Shown: positions 1 through 9,315, counted from the first letter of the stretch. The stretch: DNA of 64,000 nucleotides from an uncultured Chloroflexia bacterium (GCA_963726055.1 CAVSAP010000006.1:1319345-1383344); one strand, 5' to 3'. Notes: a model not told the origin generated them from the sequence alone. Program-made: numbers and translations.

Positions 1-284
1 ACCGCGGCCGCGCCGCGGTCGAGGGGCAAACCGGCCACCAATGCCTGGATCCGTCTATCGCCCTCGCGAAGGTGCTGGACCCACGCGGTCTCCTGGTCCA
101 CCACGTCCCAGACGGGGTTGGCCTGGACGAAGATCAGGGCTTCGATCTGGACCTCGCCCACGTCTAGGTCTGCGGGGACGAATGGGCGGTTCAGTTCGCT
201 GAAGCCTTGGAGCCAGGGGTAGTCGAATCGGTCGGTGTCCCAGAAGTGGATGTGGCTGTCCACCACGGCCTGTGCCGTTGTCAC
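1..284 (-). CDS. amidohydrolase-2 family protein, sugar-lactonase-like (N-terminal part only; gene runs off the window start)
   Basis: Not in the ORF track because no stop lies in the window. Reverse translation from GTG 284 gives VTTAQAVVDSHIHFWDTDRFDYPWLQGFSELNRPF... The DSHIHFW metal motif is typical of amidohydrolase_2 lactonases. GGAG lies about 9 nt upstream. Confidence 0.6.
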   Translation of the reverse strand, partial: MTTAQAVVDSHIHFWDTDRFDYPWLQGFSELNRPFVPADLDVGEVQIEALIFVQANPVWDVVDQETAWVQHLREGDRRIQALVAGLPLDRGAAA

Positions 285-348
285 GAGTCGCACTCCGAAG
301 CTGGGACGATGAGGTCGTCGACTGGATGTGTGCGGATGTGGGTTTCAC

Positions 349-427
349 GGGAGCACGTGGCCCGGCACTCACCGGTAGTGCCGGGCCCTTCGGATGCCCT
401 TTGAGCCGGCGTCCGAAGCGTGCTCCC
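349..427 (-). terminator. nested GC-rich hairpin 3' of the ABC-transporter operon
   Basis: Perfect 11-bp stem GGCCCGGCACT/AGTGCCGGGCC (359-369/377-387, 7-nt loop), enclosed by a 9-bp GGGAGCACG/CGTGCTCCC pairing (349-357/419-427). It lies just downstream of the binding-protein stop at 440. No U-tract. Confidence 0.45.
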
Positions 428-439
428 ATGCGGAAGGAG

Positions 440-1457
440 TTACTGCCAGGCTGACGTGAAGTCGGCCGCGTTGTCCTTCGTCACGAGCGTGGTGCCCGTG
501 TCGATGGCCTTCACGTAGTTCTCGCCCTTGAGCGACTTGACCGCCGCCTCGACGCCGAGGTTCGTCATCTTGAACGGCGACTGCGCCATCGTGGCTGTGG
601 TCTTGCCTGCCACGATGAGCTTGGCCATTTCCGGGTCACCGTCGTAGCCGAAGATCAGCAGCGGGTGCTGCTTGGACTCCGCGACCGCCACGGCACCCAT
701 CGCCGGGGAGTCGCACGCCGAGTAGATCGCTGTGAGGTTCGGGTACTTGGTGAGCAGGTCCTGCGTCACCGAGGCGCCGGTCTTGGTGTCACACAGGGTC
801 TGCTGAGCCCCCGATCACGACCTCGACGCCAGTACCTTCGAGCGCTGCCTTGACACCGTCGATGCGCTGGTCGAGGTTCGGCACGCCACGCACGGCTTCG
901 AGCAGACCGATGGTGTCGCCCGACTTCAGCTGGGTCTTGATGTACGCGCCGGCAGCCTCGCCGCCCTTGACGTTGTTCGTAGCCGCAACCGCATCCGGCA
1001 CGACACCGGGGATCGTGTTGTCGACGAAGACGATCCGGACGCCTGCCTGCTGAGCCTCATTGAGGGCATCGGTGACGCCAACGCCCATCGGGGAGATCAC
1101 GATCGCCTGGGCGCCCTTGGTGACAGCGTCCTGGATCTGCGCGATCTGGCAGGGCGTGTCGTCGTTGGTCTTGCACGCGTTGGTCGTGAGCTCGATGTCG
1201 TCCGGGTGATCGGTCTCATACTGCTTGGCCCCCGCGATCATGGCATCCCAGAAACCGCCCGTGGCCTTGGTGAGAAGAGTGACCTTGATCTTCTCGTCCG
1301 CGGCTGCGCTCGCACTCACGGACGGCGCCGCGGTACTCCCGGACGGCGCCGCGGTACTCCCGGACGGCGCCGCGGTCCCCCCGCCGCTGCTGCTGCACGC
1401 GGTGATGAGCATCGCCGCCGCTCCGAGCACGACCAGCGCCTTCAGTCGAGTCGACAT
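440..1457 (-). pseudogene. sugar ABC transporter substrate-binding lipoprotein (RbsB-like), one frame break
   Basis: ORFs 789-1520 and 440-769 are the N- and C-halves of one periplasmic sugar-binding protein (lipobox LITAC; VFVDNTIPG; IFGYDGDPE). The frames rejoin across the C5 run at 808-812. SD GAAGGAG precedes ATG 1457. Length is 3n+1. Confidence 0.8.
1320..1378 (-). repeat. 21-bp tandem repeat (2.8 copies) encoding the lipoprotein linker
   Basis: GGACGGCGCCGCGGTACTCCC occurs at 1320-1340 and 1341-1361, with a partial third copy. It encodes the repeated linker segment APSGSTA (three copies in ...TAAPSGSTAAPSGSTAAPSVS...) just after the lipobox. Confidence 0.9.
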
Positions 1458-1516
1458 GTGTGTTGCTCCTTCTTGTCGGATCTGCCGCACGTGCCGTGCG
1501 TCCAGGTGGTGAAGCT

Positions 1517-2314
1517 TCAAACGGTGATGCTCCCTCGGGCCCCGACGATCCAGGACACGAGTTGCTCTTGGTTGTCCGCGGTCGCCGGCGCCTCGCCGAT
1601 CTTGCGGCCGCGGCGCATGACCATCGCCCGGTCCGCGACCGCCATCACGTGATCCATGCTGTGAGAGATCAAGATGACCGCGACGCCGGAGGTTCGGAGC
1701 CGATCGACCAGCTCCAGGACCCGCGCCGACTCCCGAAGCCCGAGGGCGGCAGTCGGCTCGTCGAGGATGACGAGCTTCGAGGAGAACGCCACGGCTCGCG
1801 CGACCGCCACCGCCTGGCGTTGGCCCCCCGACATCAGCGCCACGTCAGCATCGAAGTCAGGGAGCCGGATCTGCAAACGGTCGAGAAGGTCTTTGGTACG
1901 GGTGGACATCTCCTTCTGCTTCATCCACTGGAGACCGCGTGGCAACCAGGACGGCCCCGCCACTTCGCGGCCGGCGAAGAAGTTCGCCGTCGGGTTGAGG
2001 TTGTCGAACAGGGCCAGGTCTTGGTAGACGGTCTCGATCCCATTTGATCGGGCATCGGCCGCCGAGGTGATCTGCACGGGGGCCCCGTCGATCTGGATCT
2101 CGCCTCGGTCGAGTTTGTGGACGCCGCTGATGCACTTGATGAGGGTCGACTTGCCGGCGCCGTTGTCGCCGAGCAGGGCGAGAACCTCACCGGCGCGGAC
2201 CTCGAGGTCGACGCCCTCGAGTGCAACCACGGCCCCGAAGGTCTTGGTGGCACCACGAACGCGCAGGACGGGTTCCACGTCGGAGGGCACCACGACGTGA
2301 ACGGCGTCAGTCAT
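1517..2314 (-). CDS. sugar ABC transporter ATP-binding protein
   Basis: Walker A GDNGAGKST, signature MSGGQRQ, Walker B LVILDEPTA. ATG 2312-2314 overlaps the permease stop (ATGA). Confidence 0.9.
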   Translation of the reverse strand: MTDAVHVVVPSDVEPVLRVRGATKTFGAVVALEGVDLEVRAGEVLALLGDNGAGKSTLIKCISGVHKLDRGEIQIDGAPVQITSAADARSNGIETVYQDLALFDNLNPTANFFAGREVAGPSWLPRGLQWMKQKEMSTRTKDLLDRLQIRLPDFDADVALMSGGQRQAVAVARAVAFSSKLVILDEPTAALGLRESARVLELVDRLRTSGVAVILISHSMDHVMAVADRAMVMRRGRKIGEAPATADNQEQLVSWIVGARGSITV

Positions 2315-3424
2315 GCGAGCCTCGCCTGCATGCTTCGGAACCGGTTCTCGACGAGGGCCCGCAAGACGTCGAGCTCGACCGCGACGAGGACGACCACTCC
2401 CACCGCGATGTACTGGAAGTTCGGGTCGAGACCGAGCAGGTTGAGGCCGTTGCGCATGACCCCGAGGATCAACGCACCTGTCAGGGCGTTCAAGACACCG
2501 CCACGGCCGCCCAGGAAGCTGCCGCCGCCGATGATCACCGCGGCGATGGCGGCGAGCTCCATGCCCTGCCCCGGTGAACGGCGAGCCGGCGTTAGCGGCT
2601 CCGACGAAGAGCATGCCGCCGATGGCCCCCGACAGCCCGCTCATGACGTAGACCGAGATCAACGTCCCGTTCATCGGCACGCCCGTGCGGACCGCGGCTT
2701 CGGGGCTGCCACCGACGGCGTAGATCCATCGTCCCCAGACCAGCTTGTGCAAGATGACGGCACAGACGACCGCGAAGACGATCACCACGAGCGTGGCGTA
2801 GGGGAACCATCCGATGTCGCCCGCGCCCGGGATCCCAGGGATACGTCCGCCGCCGAGCAGGTGCACGATCTCCGGGGAGCCCAGGACGGTGGAGCCACCG
2901 GCGATGTAGAGGGCGAGGCCGGCGCAGATGCTCAAGGTGGCGAGGGTGGCGATGAAGGGATGCGGCAGACGCCCCCACACCAGCAGCAGCCCGTTGACCA
3001 GACCGACGGACAACCCCGTCAGCAAGGTGACCCCGATGGCCAGCCACGCCGAGTTGGTGTCGCGGTAGACGACAGTCACCATGACGCAGCACAACGAGAC
3101 GTTCGAGCCGATCGACAGGTCGATGCCCCGGGTCAGGATCACGAGGAGCTGGCCCAAGGCGATGATGCAGACACCGGCGGACTGCTCGAGGACGTTGCCG
3201 ATGTTCCCGAACGTCATGAAGACGTGGCGCTCGGTGGCCGCCCAGAGGAACAGCATCATCAGCGCCAGGATGAATAGCGGCCCCGCCTTCAGCGCCAGCA
3301 GGACACCCTTGATCGCGCGCGACGATCGGTCGTTGGCCGTATCCGGACCCCTCCCGATCTCAGGCTCTGGTGCGACGTCGGCGACGTCGGCAGCAGTGCG
3401 AGTCACCGACTCGTCGTCGAGCAC
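2311..3424 (-). pseudogene. sugar ABC transporter permease (RbsC/AraH type), one frame break
   Basis: The upstream part of ORF 1517-3424 (multi-TM, ...GIDLSIGS...) continues in ORF 2311-2562 (ELAAIAAVIIGGGSFLGGRG). There is a 1-nt break near 2560-2575. GTG 3424 is preceded by AAGGAGG. Length is 3n+1. Confidence 0.8.
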
Positions 3425-3459
3425 GTCGCGCCCTCCTTGTCCTGCATCGTCGCGGACTA

Positions 3460-3605
3460 TGCCAGGACGTGATCAGCAGGAGGAGGATGAGCGCCGGCCC
3501 CGCGCGCAGGCTGAGTAGCACGCCTTGCAGCAACCGGTAGGTGCGGTCGACACCGCCGGCGGGCCGCGCGTCTCTGGGTTCCACGGATTCAGCCAGCTCG
3601 GCCAT
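3460..3605 (-). pseudogene. remnant: N-terminal ~48 codons of a second, paralogous ABC permease
   Basis: ATG 3603-3605 lies 2 nt after the fucD stop. MAELAESVEPRDARPAGGVDRTYRLLQGVLLSLRAGPALILLLLITSW parallels TM1 of the permease at 3424 (GVLLALKAGPLFILALMMLFLW). The reading frame degenerates at about 3460, just before the SD and GTG of the complete permease. Confidence 0.5.
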
Positions 3606-3607
3606 CC

Positions 3608-4918
3608 TCAGTTCACCAGCGCCTCGTCGCCGGACCAAACCGGGCCGTGCGGGTACTCGTATTCGGCAAGCGACGACGCGAGCATCTCGATGCTGTAACC
3701 GGGCGCCTCGGGTAGCACGTAGTGCCCGTCGACGACCGTGGCCGGATGCGCGAAGTGCTCGTGCAGATGGTCGACCCACTCGATCATGCGGCCGTCGGTC
3801 ACGCCGCTCACGCTCAGGTAGTCGAAGGCCGCCAGGTGCTGCACGTACTCGCACAGCCCAACGCCGCCGGCATGCGGGCAGACCGGGACACCGAACTTTG
3901 CCGCGAGCAGAAGGATCGCGATCACCTCGTTCACGCCCCCCACGCGGCACGCGTCGATCTGCAGGACGTCGATCGCACGGGCTTGCAGCAGCTGCTTGAA
4001 GATGATTCTGTTCTGCACGTGCTCGCCGGTCGCGACGGCGATCGGCGCGACGGCAGCGCGGATGCGCGCGTGTCCGAGGACGTCGTCGGGACTCGTCGGC
4101 TCTTCGATCCACCACGGGTCGAACGCCGCGAGCTCGCCAATCGCAGCGATCGCCTCGTCGACGTTCCACACCTGGTTGGCGTCCATCATCAGCCTGCCGC
4201 CGGCCCCGAGCGCGTCGCTGATGAGACCCGCGCGCCTGAAGTCCGACGCGGGGTCACCGCCCACCTTCATCTTCACGTGGTGGAAGCCGTCGAGGCGCGC
4301 GAGGCGGACGAGCTGCTCGACCTTCTCGTCGTCGTAGCCGAGCCAACCCGCTGACGTCGTGTATGCCGGGTAGCCGCGCGTGCGCAAGACATGCTCGCGC
4401 TCCTCTCGCCCCGGTGCCGCTGCGCGCAGCAGGTCGACGGCTTCCTCCGGCGTGATCGCGTCGGCGATGTAGCGGAAGTCGACGGTGGAAACGATCTCCT
4501 CGGGGGAGAGGTCGGAGAGCAGGCGCCAGACGGGCACCCGCCGCGTCTTTGCCCAGAGATCCCAGACGGCGTTCACTATCGCCGCCGTCGCGAGGTGGAT
4601 GACGCCCTTCTCGGGTCCGAGCCAGCGGAGCTGGTCCTCGGAGGCGAGGCTGCGCCAGAAGCCGGCGAAGTCGCCGGTGATGCCCTCGAGCGTGCGGCCC
4701 ACCACGAGCGGCTCGAGCGCACAGATCGCGGCGACGCAGACCTCGGTGCCACGGCCGTTCGTGAACGTGAGCCCATGGCCAGAAAGATCGGGGTCGTCGG
4801 TATTCAGGACCACGTACGCGGCGGAGTAGTCAGGGCTGCGGTGCATCGCGTCCGACCCGTCGAGCGTGCGCGAGGTCGGGAAGCGGATGTCGTGCGCGGA
4901 GACGCCGACGATCTTCAC
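3608..4918 (-). CDS. fucD: L-fuconate dehydratase-like enolase-superfamily enzyme
   Basis: Intact 436-aa ORF. Mandelate racemase/muconate-lactonizing signatures are present (KMKVGGDP, MMDANQVW, IEEPTSPDD, ATGEH), and the overall layout resembles FucD. Confidence 0.8.
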   Translation of the reverse strand: MKIVGVSAHDIRFPTSRTLDGSDAMHRSPDYSAAYVVLNTDDPDLSGHGLTFTNGRGTEVCVAAICALEPLVVGRTLEGITGDFAGFWRSLASEDQLRWLGPEKGVIHLATAAIVNAVWDLWAKTRRVPVWRLLSDLSPEEIVSTVDFRYIADAITPEEAVDLLRAAAPGREEREHVLRTRGYPAYTTSAGWLGYDDEKVEQLVRLARLDGFHHVKMKVGGDPASDFRRAGLISDALGAGGRLMMDANQVWNVDEAIAAIGELAAFDPWWIEEPTSPDDVLGHARIRAAVAPIAVATGEHVQNRIIFKQLLQARAIDVLQIDACRVGGVNEVIAILLLAAKFGVPVCPHAGGVGLCEYVQHLAAFDYLSVSGVTDGRMIEWVDHLHEHFAHPATVVDGHYVLPEAPGYSIEMLASSLAEYEYPHGPVWSGDEALVN

Positions 4919-4929
4919 GTCACGCCGCC

Positions 4930-5040
4930 ATTGGTCTGTTGATTCGCCGTACGGACTTCGACATGGCGGGGCATCGAGGGCAGACTAGGGAAATTGGTCT
5001 GATCTTTCAAGCCCGGGCGCGACAGATATAAGCTCATCAT
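4930..5040. promoter_or_regulatory. divergent promoter region with two direct ATTGGTCTG copies and a TATAAG -10-like box
   Basis: ATTGGTCTG occurs at 4930-4938 and 4993-5001. TATAAG at 5027-5032 ends 8 nt before ATG 5041, which could mean a leaderless start. This is the only AT-rich patch between fucD and the plus-strand operon. Confidence 0.3.
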
Positions 5041-5181
5041 ATGAATGCTGCTCGCTACGTCGGCAACGGAGCGCTCGAGGTGGTCGACACGGAGGCGCCG
5101 CAGCCCTCGCCCGGCGAGGTGCAGCTCGAGGTCGCCTACACCGGCATCTGCGGCACAGACCTCCACATCCTCCACGGCGCC
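5041..5181 (+). pseudogene. remnant: first 47 codons of a zinc alcohol dehydrogenase paralog
   Basis: MNAARYVGNGALEVVDTEAPQPSPGEVQLEVAYTGICGTDLHILHGA matches the N-terminus of the complete ADH at 5606 (...GEVELEVAYTGICGTDLHIVHGA), with about 50 nt near-identical at the DNA level. Similarity stops abruptly at about 5181. Confidence 0.55.
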
Positions 5182-5609
5182 TCGACGAAGCGGACTTCAC
5201 GGCGCTCGAGAAGTGTCTGGCAGACATGGACGCAGCCGAGACGACGCAGGCCTTCATTGCGGCTGACGAAGGGTTCCACCGCATCGTGGTGACGGCATCC
5301 GGGAACTCGACACTCGCGTCGCTGATCCAGAACCTGTCAGGCGGGACCTTGCGTGCCCGCCTCTGGCGCTCGGTCAGGGAACGAGATGCGATCGAGGTGA
5401 CGAAGCGTCGCCACTGGGATATCTACAACGCGCTGCGCGATCGAGACGCCAAGCGTGCGGCTGCTGCCGATCTGATTCACCTCTCCGAGGGCGAGCAGTG
5501 GCTCCGCCAGCTGATGCAGGCCGAGGACGCGCTGACTGTTCTCGCGACCGAGCCGCCCGACACGGACCCGAGCGGGAACGGAGAAGAGAACGCAGGAAGC
5601 ACCCGGTGA
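5181..5609 (+). pseudogene. GntR/FadR-family regulator, FCD ligand-binding domain only (no winged-helix DNA-binding domain)
   Basis: The frame of ORF 5226-5609, extended upstream, reads LDEADFTALEKCLADMDAAETTQAFIAADEGFHRIVVTASGNSTLASLIQ... This is FCD-domain-like. The HTH and first FCD helix are absent, replaced by the ADH fragment in another frame. Confidence 0.6.
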
Positions 5610-6637
5610 CGGGCCTGCTCGCAGCATGCTACGTCGGCGACAGAACCGTGACGCTGCTCGAATCCGAGCCGCGACGACCCGGCGCGGGAGAGGTCGAGCT
5701 CGAGGTCGCCTACACCGGTATCTGCGGCACGGATCTCCACATCGTGCACGGCGCGATGGACGCGCGGGTCTCGCTGCCGACTGTGCTCGGACACGAGATG
5801 TCAGGGTCGATCGCAGCGGTCGGGGACGGGGTGGCCGAGTGGTCGGTCGGCGATCACGTCACCGTCATGCCTCTGGACTGGTGCGGCAACTGCCCGGCTT
5901 GCCTCGCGGGCCACACGCACGTCTGCCACAACCTGAACTTCCTCGGCATCGACTCGCCGGGGTCGATGCAGGCGCGCTGGGTCGTTCCAGCGAGAGTGCT
6001 CGTCGCGCTGCCGCCGGATCTCCCGTCCGAGGTGGGCGCGATGGTCGAGCCGACCGCCGTGGCGGTGCACGATGTCCGGCGAGCGGCCCTCCAACAGGGC
6101 GAGAAGGCCGTCGTCGTCGGAGGCGGGCCGATCGGCCTGCTCGTGGCGTGCGTTGCGCGAGCGGCCGGGGCGGACGTGCTCGTTCTCGAGTTGAGCGAGC
6201 AGCGGCGAGCGCTCGCTGAGCTGCTCGGACTGAGGGCCGTCGATCCGGCGAGCTGCGACGTGGACGCGTTGGTCGCGGACTGGACGGACGGAGCCGGCGT
6301 GCCGGTCGGCTTCGAGGTGTCCGGCGCCGTCGCGGGGCTGGATCAGGCCATCAACCTGATGGCCGTGCGCGGACGGCTCGTCGTCGTCGCGATCCACGCG
6401 ACGCCGCCGCCCGTGAACCTGTTCCGAGTCTTCTGGCGCGAACTGACCCTCATCGGTGCACGCGTGTATGACCGCTCAGACTTCGAGGAGGCGATCCGAC
6501 TCCTGCACGAAGGCGCCGTTCCGGCAGCGCAGATGGTCACGCGGATCGAGCCGTTGAGCAGCGTCGCGGCGGCCTTCGACAGCCTCGAGGCCGGCGAAGC
6601 GATGAAGATCCTCATCGCCTGCGGCGAGGGGAGCTGA
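5606..6637 (+). CDS. zinc-dependent alcohol/polyol dehydrogenase (MDR family)
   Basis: GTG 5606 overlaps the upstream stop (GTGA). Motifs seen: GICGTDLH, GHEMSG, CGNCPAC structural-zinc motif, GGGPIGLL Rossmann fold. Confidence 0.85.
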   Translation: MTGLLAACYVGDRTVTLLESEPRRPGAGEVELEVAYTGICGTDLHIVHGAMDARVSLPTVLGHEMSGSIAAVGDGVAEWSVGDHVTVMPLDWCGNCPACLAGHTHVCHNLNFLGIDSPGSMQARWVVPARVLVALPPDLPSEVGAMVEPTAVAVHDVRRAALQQGEKAVVVGGGPIGLLVACVARAAGADVLVLELSEQRRALAELLGLRAVDPASCDVDALVADWTDGAGVPVGFEVSGAVAGLDQAINLMAVRGRLVVVAIHATPPPVNLFRVFWRELTLIGARVYDRSDFEEAIRLLHEGAVPAAQMVTRIEPLSSVAAAFDSLEAGEAMKILIACGEGS

Positions 6638-7398
6638 TGGGGATGTTCGACCTCACCGGGAAGCTCGCAGTGGTCACGGGGTGCAGGCGCGGCATCGGGT
6701 TGGCGATGGCCGAGGCTCTGGCCGGCGCAGGAGCCGACATCGTCGGCGTGAGCCGGCAACTCGAGGCCGAGACGAGCGAGGTGCAACAGCGAGTCGAGGC
6801 GTTCGGCCGCACGTTCGCCGGTCACCGCGTCGACTTTGCCGATCGTGTCGCGGTGCAGCAGTTCGCGTCGGAGCTCGGCTCGGGTGGGCGCGCAGTCGAC
6901 ATCCTCGTCAACAACGCTGGGACGATCGCTCGCTCGGCGGCTGTCGACCACACCGATGACGACTGGGACACCGTGCTGGAGGTGAACCTGACGGCCCCGT
7001 TCGTGCTCACGCGCGAGCTCGGGAAAGGGATGGTTGCCCGAGGCTCCGGCAAGGTGATCTTCACGGCGTCGCTCCTCAGCTTCCAGGGCGGGATCCGGGT
7101 GCCGAGCTACACCGCCGCGAAATCGGGGATCGCCGGCCTCGTCCGCGCTTTCTCAAACGAGTGGGCCGCGCACGGCGTGAACGTCAACGGCATCGCACCG
7201 GGTTACATCGAGACCGACGTCACGCAGGCGCTCCGAAACGACCCAGAGCGCAACCGGTCGCTGCTCGAGCGGATCCCAGCCGGACGCTGGGGCAGACCGG
7301 ACGATCTCGCCGGGGCTACGGTCTTCCTCGCTTCGCGCGCAGCCGACTACGTGTCCGGAGCGATCATCCCTGTCGACGGTGGGTGGCTCGGGCGATGA
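6637..7398 (+). CDS. kduD: SDR oxidoreductase, 2-dehydro-3-deoxy-D-gluconate 5-dehydrogenase-like
   Basis: MFDLTGKLAVVTGCRRGIG, NNAG, YTAAK catalytic motif, PGYIETD. The ATG overlaps the ADH stop (TGATG). Confidence 0.7.
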   Translation: MGMFDLTGKLAVVTGCRRGIGLAMAEALAGAGADIVGVSRQLEAETSEVQQRVEAFGRTFAGHRVDFADRVAVQQFASELGSGGRAVDILVNNAGTIARSAAVDHTDDDWDTVLEVNLTAPFVLTRELGKGMVARGSGKVIFTASLLSFQGGIRVPSYTAAKSGIAGLVRAFSNEWAAHGVNVNGIAPGYIETDVTQALRNDPERNRSLLERIPAGRWGRPDDLAGATVFLASRAADYVSGAIIPVDGGWLGR

Positions 7399-8036
7399 GC
7401 AGCGACGGCGTCCTGGAGCTCCTCTGCTCGAGACGCGTGATACCCGTCGCGATGTTCGCCGAGCTCAACACGGTGCTTCCGGTTGCCGAAGCGTTGGAAG
7501 CCGGCGGCCTACCGGTGGTGGAGGTCACCTTCCGGACGCCGATTGCAGCTGCTGCAGTTCGAGCGCTCGCTACGACCGGCCACATGCTCGTCGGAGCGGG
7601 GACGATCGTTCGTCCGGATCAGGTCGACCTGGCGCTCGATGCCGGCGCGCAGTTCATCGTCTCGCCCGGATTCAGCCCCAAGGTCGTCGAGCGCTGCCAA
7701 GCGGTCGGCCTTCCTGTGCTACCCGGCGTGACGACTGCCACCGACGTGATGGCAGCACTCGACCTCGGGATCGACCTGCTGAAGCTCTTCCCCGCCGAGG
7801 CGAGCGGTGGTCTCGACTTGCTGCGCGCGTTGCAGGGCCCGTTCCCGGACGTGCGGTTCGTGCCGACCGGCGGCGTGAACAGCGAAAACGCCGCGGAGTA
7901 CCTGAGCCTCCCCTCTGTCGCCGCGATCGGCGGGAGCTGGATGGTGGCGCCCGCGCTCGTGGCCGCGCGCGACGTCGAGGCGATCACCCGTCTCACGGCC
8001 GAGGCTGTCAGCCTCGCGAAAACGCTCGTGACATGA
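7395..8036 (+). CDS. eda: 2-dehydro-3-deoxy-phosphogluconate (KDPG/KHG) aldolase
   Basis: ATGA overlap with kduD. Motifs VVEVTFRTP, GAGTIV, KLFPAE, PTGGV are typical of Eda. Confidence 0.85.
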   Translation: MSSDGVLELLCSRRVIPVAMFAELNTVLPVAEALEAGGLPVVEVTFRTPIAAAAVRALATTGHMLVGAGTIVRPDQVDLALDAGAQFIVSPGFSPKVVERCQAVGLPVLPGVTTATDVMAALDLGIDLLKLFPAEASGGLDLLRALQGPFPDVRFVPTGGVNSENAAEYLSLPSVAAIGGSWMVAPALVAARDVEAITRLTAEAVSLAKTLVT

Positions 8037-9136
8037 CCGGTCTGACGATCCGCCCCGCCGAGGACTGCGCCTACGACCTCGTCGCTCTCGGAGAGATCAT
8101 GCTGCGCCTCGATCCCGGTGAGAAGCGCGTTCGCACCGCGCGGACGTTCGAGGTCTGGGAGGGCGGCGGAGAGTACAACGTCGCCCGCGGCCTGCGTCGA
8201 TGCTTTGGGCTACGAACAGCAGTCGTGACCGCGTTTGCGGACAACGACGTCGGGCGGCTGCTCGAGGATCTCGTCCTCCAGGGCGGTGTCGACGCCTCCT
8301 TCATCAGGTGGACGCCCTGCGACGGCGCCGGGCGCACGGTCCGCAACGGCATCAACTTCACAGAGCGCGGCTTCGGCGTACGCGGCGCACTCGGGGTCTC
8401 CGACCGCGGCAACACTGCCGCCGCCCAGCTCGCGACCGGAGATATCGACTGGGACCACCTCTTCGGCGTCCTCGGCGTCCGCTGGTTCCACACCGGAGGG
8501 ATCTTCGCCGCGCTCTCGGCGACAACTCCGGACGTGGTCGAGGAGGCGGTTGCGGCGGCGGCGCGCCACGGCACGATCGTCTCGTACGACCTCAACTACC
8601 GCCCAAGCCTCTGGGAATCGATCGGCGGAGTCGAGCGTGCGCAGGAGGTCAACCGACGCCTTGCCCGGTACGTCGACGTGATGCTCGGCAATGAGGAGGA
8701 CTTTACGGCGTGCCTCGGCCTGCGCGTCGGAGGGGCGGATGGAAGCCTCAGTGAGCTCGACTCGGCGTCGTTCCGTTCGATGATCGAGCACGCGGTCACT
8801 GAGTTCCCGAACTTCGCAGTGGTCGCTACGACGCTGCGAGCCGTTCGCAGTGCGACCGTTAACGACTGGTCAGCGATTGCCTGGTCCCGCGACGACGGCT
8901 TCGTCGAGGCGACACCGCGCCCAGGGCTCGAGATCCTGGATCGGGTCGGAGGCGGAGACAGCTTCGCTTCCGGGCTCGTCTACGGGCTGATTGAGCTCGG
9001 CGATCTACAACTCGCCGCAGAGTACGGAGCCGCACACGGCGCGCTCGCGATGACGACCCCAGGCGACAACTCGACAACAACGCTCGCAGAGGTGGAAGCG
9101 CTCGTCAGAGGTAGCGGAGCTCGCGTTCGGCGTTGA
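8033..9136 (+). CDS. kdgK: 2-dehydro-3-deoxygluconokinase-like PfkB sugar kinase
   Basis: ATGA overlap with eda. PfkB motifs are present (GEIMLRL, GGGEYNVA, DRVGGGDSF). Confidence 0.75.
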   Translation: MTGLTIRPAEDCAYDLVALGEIMLRLDPGEKRVRTARTFEVWEGGGEYNVARGLRRCFGLRTAVVTAFADNDVGRLLEDLVLQGGVDASFIRWTPCDGAGRTVRNGINFTERGFGVRGALGVSDRGNTAAAQLATGDIDWDHLFGVLGVRWFHTGGIFAALSATTPDVVEEAVAAAARHGTIVSYDLNYRPSLWESIGGVERAQEVNRRLARYVDVMLGNEEDFTACLGLRVGGADGSLSELDSASFRSMIEHAVTEFPNFAVVATTLRAVRSATVNDWSAIAWSRDDGFVEATPRPGLEILDRVGGGDSFASGLVYGLIELGDLQLAAEYGAAHGALAMTTPGDNSTTTLAEVEALVRGSGARVRR

Positions 9137-9315
9137 GGCCGATGACCATCGCAAGACAACGAGACAATGGCGGTGTGAGTGCTCGACCACGCGTGGTCAC
9201 AATGGTCACGCTCGTCGTTCGTTCGGGTTCGTTCGTGTTCGGCCGGATGTGAATATGACCTGCAAATTGGCGCTTTCAGCGAACGGGGCCCGAACGGGTG
9301 CGAACGCTGCGCTCA

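Noticed and set aside
55-429. Long Arg/Pro/Gly-rich ORFs, including 55-429, 3360-4169, 10984-12564, 24138-25832, 45868-47955 and 53160-55376.
   Set aside because: They lie antisense to, or out of frame with, genes that carry clear family motifs. Their composition (RRPRRG...) is typical of shadow ORFs in ~70% GC DNA, and they show no motifs.
1320-1378. The 21-bp tandem repeat as a CRISPR-like or regulatory array.
   Set aside because: There are no spacers. The repeat is in-frame inside the lipoprotein linker and encodes repeats of the heptapeptide APSGSTA.
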